64,000 nt of DNA, taken from positions 1,152,001-1,216,000 of the forward strand of contig OZ245003.1 of NCBI GenBank assembly GCA_965223425.1. Reading direction: 5' to 3'. The number at the start of each line of letters is the position of its first letter. Positions within the stretch are counted from its first letter, which is position 1. The DNA comes from Nitrosopumilus sp. (lineage in GTDB: Archaea; Thermoproteota; Nitrososphaeria; Nitrososphaerales; Nitrosopumilaceae). Below the pieces are notes generated by a model, which did not search any database, was not told the DNA's origin, and saw only the letters and a program-made list of their open reading frames with translations. Shown piece by piece: positions 9,502-20,900 of the stretch. The position numbers and the translations under genes were made by a program.

Positions 9502-12060
9502 CTAGTTCCAAAAGAATTCGTCTAATCCTGTTTGTTTTGGTTTTCCCAAAATCGTATCAAAATCCAAATCCATTGATGATGTTATCTGCTCTAAAGTTGA
9601 TTCCATAAACTCCATGTATTTCTTGGAATCGATCTCTTCTTTTTTTGCCAATTCTGCAGGTTTTACACCTGGTTTATTTAGAGTTTTGATGTATGAGATT
9701 CTATCCCCTTTCTTTACCTCTCTTATTGATTCTAATTGTTTTGCAGCTCTGATGTGCTGTGGGATTGTTTTTGTGTATTCTGATGGTGCTTTACTCAGCA
9801 TTACATTGAATGTTAATTCTTCTACCGGTATCTCCCTTGATTCTACTTTTCCCCCACATATTGCAATCTTTTCTGAAATTTCTCTTTTTGCTTTTTCAAA
9901 ATCTTCCACTGTTTGAACTTTGGACAATACGTCAAGCAATTCAAAAAATAATTTTTTAATAAACGGTGGTGTGTGTGATTTTTTTCCTGTTAGACCCTTA
10001 ACATCTACCTTTCCAGTTTTTGTAACACCAAGATAATTTTTCTTTCGATTACTTAGTACACAATATCTGTATACTTTGTCAATTTCTAAATCTACCCCGT
10101 GATCCTTTTTTGCCTGTTCTATCACTCTTTGAACTTGCTCCTCGGTCGGTTTTCTGATAAATAATGAATCAGTGTCCCCATACAAAACTTCAATTCCAGA
10201 TTCTTCACATTTTTTAATTGTCTCTAAGATTGTATGTCTGCCAATAGCAGTTGTTGCCTCTGCTGCAGGAAGAAAATATAGCGGAAATATCTCTGCACCC
10301 ATCACACCATAACTAGCATTCAAAATTACCTTGAGTGCCTGGCTGATTACTGTATATTGCTGTCTTTGTTCATCAGTTAGCGTCTCTTTTTTTGATAAGC
10401 TCTTGTAATAATTTACTCTCAAATCTCTTAATGAACCAATAATTATCGATGTAAGCCCATTTCTCTTTGAACATGCCCAGTGATTCGTTTGTGGAATTGT
10501 ATTTTTTTTGCATTCTTCATGAGGACATCTTACAGTTTCATATGATAGATTTCTCACTTTAATGATACTTGGGTATAGGCTTGCAAAATCCATGACTATG
10601 ACATCAAAGTGAATTCCTTCTTTGGGCTCAATAACAAGGCCTCCTCTGTATTTTTTGTCTTTGATTACTGCATCTGACATTACACCCTCTGATCTTCGTT
10701 GAAGCTCTTCTCTTTTTGGAATCAGACAGTTTCTTTTTCTATGTTCATAGTATAGCAAACTTCTAATCCATTGGGATACCCCCACCCTTGCAATGTCATC
10801 AATTGGCATTCTTCCAATTCTTGCAATAATTACAAGCAGGTTCATCAACAAATCGCTGTTAAAACTGGTCAACTCGTACGTCAACAATGCATCGTTGTAA
10901 CAATAATTTGCAGTCTGATAGAGACTTAGTTCATCAAATTTTAGCCCATAATCGATCTTTTCCTTGCCTAACAGAGCTTTTGACACACTATTTAGTGAAA
11001 AATCTGTGTATTTTTGACTGAATGCGTAGATTTGAAATGAACGATTAGAAAATGCTCTATACAAATCAAGATGAACACCTTTCTTTAGTGTAGCAGAATC
11101 CCTCATCATGTAAAATGGATTTTCTGACTTTTTAATTCCAAGTCTTTCTGCTCTATTGTACAGATACGGCAAATCAAATTCATCTCCGTTGTATGTTACA
11201 ACAAATGGAAATGTTTTGATAATTTCAAACGCATCATGTATCATTTCTTTTTCTTTGTCTAAATCATAAAATACCACCTTAATGCCTTGATCTAACTCAT
11301 TTACTCCTTGTTCTGTTCCCTCTGTTTTGAGCACAAAAATTTGATCAAACCCATCACTTCCTTTGAGTCCAATCGCTGTTACCTTTTTTTCTGCAATTTT
11401 AGGATCTGGAATTCTGCCTACCTCAGCTTCAACTTCGATATCTACGCTTAATCTCTTAATTTTTGGAATAGGCTGGTTTAACAAATCTGCCCATTCTGAA
11501 ATAAATTTCTTAAATTGTTCTGCATCAACCATTGTTTCACTGTCAACCTTGTCCCACAGCAAACTTTTGAGTGCTAACTTAACTTCATCAGAAATTTCCA
11601 AATCATGTGGTTTTATTTTTCCATCTATAGCCTCATAATATTTTCCAACAATTAGTTTTCTGTCATAAAGATAGCTTTCATAATATTTGATATCTGATTC
11701 CCATGTTTCCATTACGTTTCTAATGCTCTTGTCACCTGTGGTGCCTCCAATTGCAAGAGGATCTGCTACTGTTATTTTTGACATGTCAATTTCCTTGTCT
11801 TTGATTAAATCATATTTCTGCACTGTTTTAATCTCAAGAACGTCGTCTCTTTCTTGAAGGAAACTTAATTCATCTGGAGCTAGTCTTGAATAACAATATG
11901 GTTTGTGATTTATTTCATCTTTCCACAAGAACAATTTATGAGATTCTGGCTCATAGAATTTCAAAACTGCTGATTTTGAACTGTTATCATATGTGGCTGA
12001 GACCAACATTGCCGGTGGCATTGATTCGATTTTTTCAGTTTCTGTAACGTTTGCTTGCAT
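9502..12060 (-). CDS. polB: Family B DNA polymerase (PolB1)
   Basis: DIEVE and YNGDEFDLPYL exonuclease motifs; DFASLYPS, KVILNASYG and YGDTDS polymerase motifs. No intein. Confidence 0.97.
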   Translation of the reverse strand: MQANVTETEKIESMPPAMLVSATYDNSSKSAVLKFYEPESHKLFLWKDEINHKPYCYSRLAPDELSFLQERDDVLEIKTVQKYDLIKDKEIDMSKITVADPLAIGGTTGDKSIRNVMETWESDIKYYESYLYDRKLIVGKYYEAIDGKIKPHDLEISDEVKLALKSLLWDKVDSETMVDAEQFKKFISEWADLLNQPIPKIKRLSVDIEVEAEVGRIPDPKIAEKKVTAIGLKGSDGFDQIFVLKTEGTEQGVNELDQGIKVVFYDLDKEKEMIHDAFEIIKTFPFVVTYNGDEFDLPYLYNRAERLGIKKSENPFYMMRDSATLKKGVHLDLYRAFSNRSFQIYAFSQKYTDFSLNSVSKALLGKEKIDYGLKFDELSLYQTANYCYNDALLTYELTSFNSDLLMNLLVIIARIGRMPIDDIARVGVSQWIRSLLYYEHRKRNCLIPKREELQRRSEGVMSDAVIKDKKYRGGLVIEPKEGIHFDVIVMDFASLYPSIIKVRNLSYETVRCPHEECKKNTIPQTNHWACSKRNGLTSIIIGSLRDLRVNYYKSLSKKETLTDEQRQQYTVISQALKVILNASYGVMGAEIFPLYFLPAAEATTAIGRHTILETIKKCEESGIEVLYGDTDSLFIRKPTEEQVQRVIEQAKKDHGVDLEIDKVYRYCVLSNRKKNYLGVTKTGKVDVKGLTGKKSHTPPFIKKLFFELLDVLSKVQTVEDFEKAKREISEKIAICGGKVESREIPVEELTFNVMLSKAPSEYTKTIPQHIRAAKQLESIREVKKGDRISYIKTLNKPGVKPAELAKKEEIDSKKYMEFMESTLEQITSSMDLDFDTILGKPKQTGLDEFFWN

Positions 12061-12064
12061 TTTC

Positions 12065-12592
12065 TCACACAGAACTTTCGTATTTGCTAACTAACTCTTT
12101 TGCCCATCTTGCAATTTTTTCTTTATCTAGCTGAATCACTTCGACTTCTGCTTCTCTTAACAAGCCAAAATTCGTTTCAGGATATGAGTCAAGACAGACA
12201 AATTTTCTAATTCCAATTGTTATTGCCATTTTTGTACATTCTAAGCATGGAACAAACGTTGTATACAGTATTGCTCCTTTTATCCCTGCCTCAATTCCTA
12301 AGATTGCACAATGCAGTATGGCATTAGCTTCTGCATGATTACAAAGACATCTATCAAGTGACGCACCTGATTCAATTTTTCCCTCCATTCTAAGTTGGCA
12401 TCTTTTACATCCCCCCTCAAAACAATTTTTGATTCCGGGAGGGGTTCCATTATATCCGGTTGCCAGTTGTCTATGTTCTCGAACGATGACTGCTCCAACT
12501 TGTCTTGCCATGCAATTTGAACGAAGTTTTGCCAATTCTGCTTGCAACATAAAATATTCATCCCAGTTTGGTCTATCAAAAGAACTGCCCAC
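12065..12592 (-). CDS. dCMP deaminase (ComEB family)
   Basis: RPNWDEYFM, TGYNGTP, HAEANAI and PCLEC motifs. Confidence 0.92.
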   Translation of the reverse strand: MGSSFDRPNWDEYFMLQAELAKLRSNCMARQVGAVIVREHRQLATGYNGTPPGIKNCFEGGCKRCQLRMEGKIESGASLDRCLCNHAEANAILHCAILGIEAGIKGAILYTTFVPCLECTKMAITIGIRKFVCLDSYPETNFGLLREAEVEVIQLDKEKIARWAKELVSKYESSV

Positions 12593-12719
12593 ATCAATCC
12601 TGCTTGTCTGTTCAATATATGGATCGCGTTTTTTGAAATTTTATTTGCGATCAGCATTCAAATTAGTTTATACTAGCATATACACAAACTTCTTTAGTCT
12701 CTCTGCAAAAATCATTCTG

Positions 12720-12908
12720 ATGGCAAGCTATTCAGCTCAAGTAAACGTCATTCATAAAACATTTCAAAATGCTGTAAAAAGAGCAAAAACAAAACAATCG
12801 CTTAACAAAGCGTATAGCGTTCACAAAAAAGCTCATGAACGCATTTTGAAAACACACCTGCGTGAAGAGACTCGAATGATCAACAAGGCCAAGAAAAAAT
12901 TAGGATGA
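12720..12908 (+). CDS. Small basic hypothetical protein
   Basis: ATG at 12720 gives MASYSAQVN...KAKKKLG (62 aa, K/R-rich). The longer ORF-track version overlaps the deaminase antisense. Confidence 0.7.
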   Translation: MASYSAQVNVIHKTFQNAVKRAKTKQSLNKAYSVHKKAHERILKTHLREETRMINKAKKKLG

Positions 12909-13229
12909 GCCTGATTTCACTTTTCCTTTTTTTCTAAAAACGCATATAGTGCTTTTTCTTTTTGCCATTTTTTTATATTCTTTTTTCACTTCCAACCCCA
13001 AATCAGCGATCACCTTTTCTTCTTTTGACAGTTTTTTTGATTTTTCTTCGCGTGTTCGTGTTTTAGACTTGTTTGGCGTTATATTTCACGATTTGCTTTG
13101 AGATTCAAAATTTTACCATTCTTCTTAATTTAAGAAATGGATCTTTTGTGTATGTAGATAGTTGAGTAATAGATAACATTTTGCTATACAAAAGCATAAA
13201 ATCAACAAATTCTGGTTTTTCTTTGTGGA

Positions 13230-14738
13230 ATGACTCAATATATTGAGAAAAAATATGTTCAAAAAAATTCTATAGAAAAACGAGATTATCAAGTAAACCT
13301 TGCAAACCAGGCTATTGATGAGAACTGCGTTGTAGTTTTACCTACCGGTCTTGGAAAAACTGCTGTAGGATTACATGTCATTGCAGAATATCTTTCAAAA
13401 GGAACCGGGGGTATTTTGTTTTTAGCACCTACTCGAGTTTTAGTTAACCAACATTATGAATTTCTAAAAGCAAATCTTACTTTAGATGATATTTCATTAA
13501 TTACTGGAGAAGATTCTGTCCCAAAGCGAACCAAGCTTTGGAATACCAGTATAATTTGCGCGACTCCGGAAATTACCAAAAATGACTTGGACAGACAAAT
13601 TGTATCTCCTGATCAATTCAATCTTGTGATCTTCGATGAAGTGCATAGGACTGTTGGTGATTATGCTTATTCCGGAATTGCAGAACGATTTGGAAATTCC
13701 TCTGTCAGAATTCTTGGAATGACTGCTACCCTTCCAAGTGAAAAAGAAAAAGCAACTGAGATCCTAACAAAACTCAAAATTTCAAGTGTGGTTGAAAGAA
13801 CTGAAGATAGTCCTGATGTAAAACCTTACATTCAAGAAATCAACACTGAATGGATTAACGTAGAGCTTCCCTCCGAATTAAAAGCAATTCAAAAATTATT
13901 GAAATTAGCATTAGACAAACGATATAACATTATAAGAAAAAACGGCATTCGTCTGGCAGAACAGCAATCTCTTTCTGCATTGCTTGGAATTAGGCAGTTT
14001 GTACTAAATCGGAATCGACGTTCTGCCAAGCCCCTCTTTGCTGCCATTAGAATTCATTATGCATTGAATATGCTTGAAGCCCATGGAATCACCCCCTTTC
14101 TAAAATTTTGTGAGCGTGCACAGGCAAAAAAAGGTGCAGGAGTAAAAGAACTCTTTGAGGTTGATCCTAATTTTACAAGAGCATTACATCTCGCTAAAGA
14201 AGCGCAATCCCACGGAATCGAGCATTCAAAGATTCCAAAACTAAAAGAAATAATTGAATCTGTTCCTGGCAAATCTCTAATCTTTACTAGTTATCGAGAT
14301 TCTGTTGACTTGATTTTCAATAAATTAAACGATATGGGAATTTCTGCAGGAATTCTAATTGGTAAAGCAGGTGAAACTGGATTAAAACAAAAGAAACAGA
14401 TTGAGACTGTACAAAAATTCAGAGACGGGCTCTTTCAAGTGCTGGTTGCAACACGTGTTGGCGAGGAGGGATTAGACATTGCCGAAGTAAACCAAGTTAT
14501 TTTTTACGATAACGTGCCAAGCTCCATTCGCTTCATCCAAAGGAGAGGCAGGACTGGACGCAAAAATACTGGTAAACTTGTAGTGCTTATTGCTAAAAAT
14601 ACAATTGATGAAAAATATTATTGGATAGGAAAAAGAAAGACGTCTATTGCAAAATCTATGGGGGCAAAGATGGCCCAAGTTCTTGAAAAAAACCAGGAAT
14701 CTAAATCCCAAAAAACAGGTCTGGATGTTTTTCTCTAG
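13230..14738 (+). CDS. Hef/FANCM-like SF2 helicase without the nuclease domain
   Basis: LPTGLGKT, DEVHR, GMTAT, VGEEGLDI and QRRGRTGR motifs. Confidence 0.92.
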   Translation: MTQYIEKKYVQKNSIEKRDYQVNLANQAIDENCVVVLPTGLGKTAVGLHVIAEYLSKGTGGILFLAPTRVLVNQHYEFLKANLTLDDISLITGEDSVPKRTKLWNTSIICATPEITKNDLDRQIVSPDQFNLVIFDEVHRTVGDYAYSGIAERFGNSSVRILGMTATLPSEKEKATEILTKLKISSVVERTEDSPDVKPYIQEINTEWINVELPSELKAIQKLLKLALDKRYNIIRKNGIRLAEQQSLSALLGIRQFVLNRNRRSAKPLFAAIRIHYALNMLEAHGITPFLKFCERAQAKKGAGVKELFEVDPNFTRALHLAKEAQSHGIEHSKIPKLKEIIESVPGKSLIFTSYRDSVDLIFNKLNDMGISAGILIGKAGETGLKQKKQIETVQKFRDGLFQVLVATRVGEEGLDIAEVNQVIFYDNVPSSIRFIQRRGRTGRKNTGKLVVLIAKNTIDEKYYWIGKRKTSIAKSMGAKMAQVLEKNQESKSQKTGLDVFL

Positions 14739-14913
14739 TCATTGTATTGGTTTGAAATGTAGGTAATTTTTTTGTTTTCTCTGAATCATTTTGTTTTTTT
14801 ATTCTTGGTTCTATGGTGGATACTATCACTTTCAATAATTTGCGTGCAATTCAAACACAATACTTTCCAATTTCTTCAAGACTTTATTATCAATTATAAT
14901 GCGTAATGGCAGC

Positions 14914-17900
14914 TCATGTCTTGCACCTTGTTTTTTTCCTAATCATGTCTGCAGCGTATACTGGCATTGCGACATACATTCCTGCCAAGACGCCGATAGT
15001 CAAGGTGCCAAACAGTATCACCGAAGCATCAGAACCGGGATCTGCCATAGACATTATGCCCAACACGTATACTGCCGGTGTGATTGCAAGCTTTACCGTC
15101 TCCTTGAACAATGGATTTTCTCTTTGCAGATCCGCAATTGTGGGGGAGAACGTATAGTATGCCTTGTTAAAGCCATTCATGAATGTGGCACCAGACGCAG
15201 TAGAGAACAGTGTCTCGTCTCTTACCTCGCGCAGGAACTGGACCTGTGGTGCCAGCTCAGAGCCGTATGTGGCAGTGGCAATGAGGCACCCGCCATCCTC
15301 GATGCTGATTACACATATGCCATCCTGTAGGACGGTGCCTGGACCACACTCCCGTTCTGCTACTGGCTCCATATCTACTGGCTCCATATCTACTGGCTCC
15401 ATATCTACTGACTCTTCAGGTTCTGTTATTGAAGGTTCTGGCAAACCCACTGCCTCATAGATTGTCATGGTGGGATAATTTTTGTGGAACCATTCCTGGT
15501 AAGTTACATCATTATTGTACCTGTCAACGTAGAATTGTGGATCTTCGTTGGCAAAATCGGCCGGTTGGTCTTGCTGGACAGGTGGAGAATCACTCCTATC
15601 TTCTGGCACGGCCGGTTCTGATCCTGTGTCTGTGGCAGGCTCTTCTATTGGAACTTCAAATAACCTCTCATCGATACATGCATCCACGTTGACTGATTTG
15701 CTGTCTGTACTTACACTTCTGCCTTCCTGCGTGAATGCATTCACGCCGATATATCTCTCAGTTTTATGCATGGAACCTGTAAAATTCATGTATCCTGATA
15801 TGGTGCTGTCTGTTGGGGTCGCTTGATTTACACCCAGTTCTGTCGTACGGATGGAAACGGAGATGCCACTAGAACCAGGCCCTGCAATTATGCTGACTGT
15901 GCCGTCATTGCAGTTCCACGATATGGACTTTATGTAGATACTACTCTGCATGTTGCTAACATCAATGTTGATGCGGTTTCCTCCTCCTCCTCCGCCACCA
16001 CCACCACCACCACCACCACTGCCCCCGTTACTGCCACTAGATACTGAGACAGATGGCTGCATGTCTGTAACGTCTTCTGACTTGTCTGTTAGTAGTCTCC
16101 ATTCTTGCGTGCTTGTGTCTATAGGTTGAACTTGGTAAACTGCATAGGTTCTGGGGCGATTCAGATCCCCATTCTCGTCAAGAGAGTAATCACCAAGCGC
16201 ACCGACGGTCTGTGTTGCAACGGTCGGAATGGCATCTACAACAGATGAAAATATCCTGTAGTGTACTGCCTTTATAGAATTGCCAATCAGGTGTACTGCA
16301 TCATAAGCTGAGAATGAATATGTCGCAATGGACAGGCCCTCGCCTCGTATACGTGCAGATAGCTCAGAGTTGATGGGATTGCCCTTGACATCAAAGATGG
16401 TTGCAGTAAGACCCACACGGGCCGCAATTGGGCCTGCAACAGGATCGGTTACTATGGTGTGGCTGTTTGTAACGCCGTCTACGCCATACCACTTGACATC
16501 AAATGCCTTGTGTGCATCAGCGCCACTGTCCATCTCTTTGACTAGATTGACAAACTCCGTCTCAAATCCTACAAACAACACTGCAACTACAGATTTATCA
16601 TGAGGCGAAAGTATCTCAGACAACTTGGCTGCAATGGCTGGATAATCCGGTTCATCAATGTCATATTGTATGGTCGATGCAATGCTGCCCTCGTAATTGG
16701 AATCCCTGGCGGCATCAAGTATGCCGTTGCCATACGTGTCATTTCTGCTTATGATGACAAGATGCGTCTTGCCGTCCTTGTTTATTTGGGATATGATCTC
16801 CGGGGCTTGATAGGCATCTGCTGGCGCCAGGCGGAATATGTTGTCCTGTTTTGCAAGAGAGGGAGCAGTGGATGAATGCGAGACCATGACTGCGTCTGTG
16901 GCATATGTCTCAACGTATGATTTTAGCGCGGCCAAGTCTCTACTGGATGACGGTCCTACAAAATAAGAAACTCCGCTCCTTTCAAGATAGTATCCCGCAC
17001 CAAAGATGTAATCTTCATGTTTTGCCAGCAGAGATCGTTTTAACTGCAGCGAGGCGTCATCAGGTGCTGGTATCATGTACTGCCACCAAGTCTCACCGTT
17101 GGGATCATTTGCCAAGTCGGCATTGATTTCTTCTAGGTCTTTATCAAAAGTGTTCTCCATCAGGCTGATATTTGTGCCAACTATGGTTGCGTCTTCCTCG
17201 TCTGCAACATTTTCTCCAGTAGTGGCATTTATGACAAACAGGTAATATGACTGATCTGGTTTTGTGTCCGATATTGAATCAAAGTAGGATTGGGCTCCAC
17301 TATCTGGATTTAATCTAACGCTTTCATCAAAGTTGGTAATTGAGGTGCTAATTAGTTCTCTGAGTGCCTCCTGATTAACACTGTCCTCTTTGTCATAGAG
17401 TATGTCTTGCATGGCCACATGCGGCCTTGTGCTTGTGATGTTGCCTAGGACCAAACTTATCGGAGTGGTTGGATTTTGCTTGTTAAAGTCAGAAGCTGCA
17501 AATTTCATTGCACTAAAGCGTGCATATTCGTCAGATATGGGGCCAGACAGGTTAAGTAGGGCCCCAATGACGGTGTTTGTGTGTACCAAGCCTAAATCTG
17601 AAACATATGTGCCTATGCGCTCCCATCCATTGGGTTCTATTCCCCACACAGCATAACTTGTCTCCCTCGAGTCGCCTGCATCATTTAGTTCTACATCGCC
17701 CAACGCACCTTTGTAATCTGATGTCACTAATGGAATCTGTCTTTTTATCTCATCAAACCCTGCGCCGTTGGCTGCCTCTATTGCAAGTCCAAGTATTCTT
17801 ACGGTGTCATAGGATGCATATGTGTAGACATTTGGAGTGTCTATAATCCTTGGATCCTCAGATAAGCGCGTCTCTAGCTGTTGGTATCTCTCACTGGTTG

Positions 17901-20900
17901 GATCTGCATCAAATATGCATGACCTAAAGTTGGCATCTACCAGAAATTCAAAGATTGTGGGGTTATCTACAAGGGATTTACTTAGTATGTTGGCATCAGA
18001 ACCTATCCATTGCACAGTACGTAACACCTGATGTTCGCTAGCTTTTAGAATGAAATCTTTGGTTTCGTCAATTCCGATATACAACACTGCTACTTTGTCA
18101 CTGCCATGACTATCCACATATGTTTGCACTTTTTCACTTAGTTGTTGTGCCAGATCCGTAAATGTAGCATCGTAACAGCCGTCCCCGTCACATAACTTAT
18201 AGCTGCTCAGATCGTCTACGGTACCTCCAAGTTCCTTAAACTTTGATACTGCGCTATTGTGCAATCCATTACCAAACGGTCCGTCTCTCCAAACAGAGAT
18301 CAACACTTCTTTTCCATCGGATCCTAGCAGGTTGGCAATTACTGGTCCGTGTAAAGCATCGTCTGGTGCCAAACGAAATACATTGTCTTTCTCTATTGCA
18401 AGTGAGGGGGCAGTAGAGCAACAGCTGAGAAGCAACATGTCATTGACATCCACATAATCTCTTATCTTACTGACGCCGGAACTTGCAGAAGGTCCTGATA
18501 TGAGATTGATATTGTCATCATGAAATGACTCGATCAGATCCAAATAGGTGGCCAAAGGCGCGGCAGTATCTTTAATGTTTACATCTAATCTCCATTGTGC
18601 GTTTTTTTGTTCCAAGTACTCGTTAAAGTCATCTGCGGCAATCTCAGTAGCAACCTGTCTGTGTATGCCTGCCCCGTCATTTCTGCTTACTGGTACAAGT
18701 GCTCCAATGCTGATAATCTCTGTCCACTCCCCGTTGATCATCTTCCATGTGGCATACTGTCCATCAGCTAGATCGCCTGCAGCATTCAGCTCTGTGTTTC
18801 CTACCGCACCAATGTACTGTTTTGCCACATCTGGAAGCGTCTCTTTGATCGTAGTTGCATTGGTACTCTGAGATTCTAGAATCGATAGGCCCAAAAGCCA
18901 TACTGCATCATATTCAAAGTTGGTAAAAACGCTGGGCAGCCTTGCAAATTGGTTTACAAGTCGGTCAAAGTGTTCTCTTATCTCAGTTGTAATTTGACTG
19001 TCTGGTGCTTTTAGCTGAACTGCCACAAGATTCACCGTTGTGGCAAATGATTTTGCTTCTTCGTCATCTGCTACATTGGGAGACACGGTGTTCAGATCTG
19101 CCCCAAACCATCTTACATCATCTAGTATGTCTTGCTTACTGGACAGTTTGATAAACTCTACATTTTCACCAAATCCGATGTACAACACTGCCACCTTATC
19201 TGCGCCGTGCTCGTTGACCTGACTCTGTACGGCAGATGCAAGATCAGTAACAGGCTGAGTCAGGTTTGCACCAAAGTCGTAGCTTATTCTGGTATCTGCC
19301 ACGTTGTTATTGTCAAGACCTCCAAAGGATGTCCTGACTAGCCCCAGCAGATCATTAACCCATATGTTGTTGAGGCCGACAGGGACTACTGCCCTGATGC
19401 CGTCTTCATACATCAGGTTGGCTAGCTTGTTGGCATGATGGGTATGATCTGGGGCCACGCGGAACAAAGAGTCATCTTCTACTGCAAGCTGTGTGGTTAC
19501 GCTACAGCAGCTAACAAGAAGCATGTCGTTTTCATTTGCAAAATTCAGTATGCCTTCTGCTACACTGTCAATGGGAGGGCCGTCTACTATTTTGATGCCT
19601 GTCGAATTCAGTCCGGTTAGCGCCTCCAGTCCTGTACTTGGAGCAGTTGCTGTGTCATGTCTGTCCAGTGACAAGGACCAAGATGCACCTCGTTTTTTGA
19701 GGTACTCGTTAAAATGATTCATTGCAAGATCTGACACTTCACTCAACTCTTTTCCATAACCTGATGCGCCGCCTGTCAGCGGTGCCAAGGAGCCGATGGT
19801 GATGTTGCCTACAAGAGCGTCTTGCCTTTCTGTAAAGTAGTTCCAGTGTCCTGGTTGGAGCGGATATGTCTGGTCATCAAAAGCCTTTACCATAAGGGTA
19901 TTCGTGGCAGGAGTGTAACTATCGAGGAAAAATGGACCGTTGCTTATCACTGCATTACTCTTGTTTGTTATCCAGCTAATCGAAGATTCGTATCTGTCAT
20001 ATGCATATTGTAGATCGTCTGTATCTGTATCGTATACTTGAGATGGAATTGCATTTGTGTCATTAAAACTCTGAAGTGCATCCCTTATCAGATTTGAATC
20101 ACTGCTCTCAAGTAATGAGAGCCAAGGTATGCCCCTCTCGTTTGCCACAGAGTTTGAAAATGCCGCTGTGCCATCTAGTACCACCTTTTCCATTGCGGCA
20201 TAAATCTCCCAAGGAACGCTGCTCCAAAGCGATGCCTTGCCAACGATCTCTGCCTCATCCATGTTCCAATAGTCAATGTATACTTCTATGGCAGTGGCAT
20301 TAAGTACGTGAATTCCCTTGATCCTATCTGTGTCATCTGACACAATCTCTGCACTGTACTTTTTGAGATCCTCGGCATTTTCACTGTCATTGGAACCCCA
20401 TTCTGTTACAAAGTATAGCGAATAGAGAACATCCTTGATGTCCATTGGCTGCCCGTTGTGCCAGTTGCTAAATTCAAAATCAAATGTAACCTTACTTGCA
20501 GACTTGGTCTGAGATGGAACGTTATCCCATGTTTGATTGGCAGGATTCCACATAACTGCATTATTTGGGACGTCTAGCTGCCCGTCCGAACCTCTAGTCT
20601 CTACTTTCCATTCTGTTCTTACCGGAATCAGATCCCCTGTAAATGGATCCCTTGTGGTTGACGGATCCCGTAATATTTCCCAGATGTCCCTGCCGTATGC
20701 ATCACTGAATCCCAGAACTGGATTCCATGAACTTTGGGTAATATGCTTGACGCCTATTGTGATGTTATCATCATTATTATTGTTGGGATCATCATCTTCT
20801 ATGCTCACATTAATTGGGGTAAATCTGTTGGTAATTCCCAACCCTTGTGTGTTTATTATGCCGTTAATGCCCTCTTTTGCTATGTAATTGTCATTTTTAA

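Noticed and set aside
9502-12060. Casposon or viral PolB
   Set aside because: A full-length cellular PolB1 among housekeeping genes, with no Cas1 or TIRs around it.
12429-12719. N-terminal extension of the 12720-12908 protein
   Set aside because: It overlaps the dCMP deaminase antisense and its promoter; the ATG at 12720 is more plausible.
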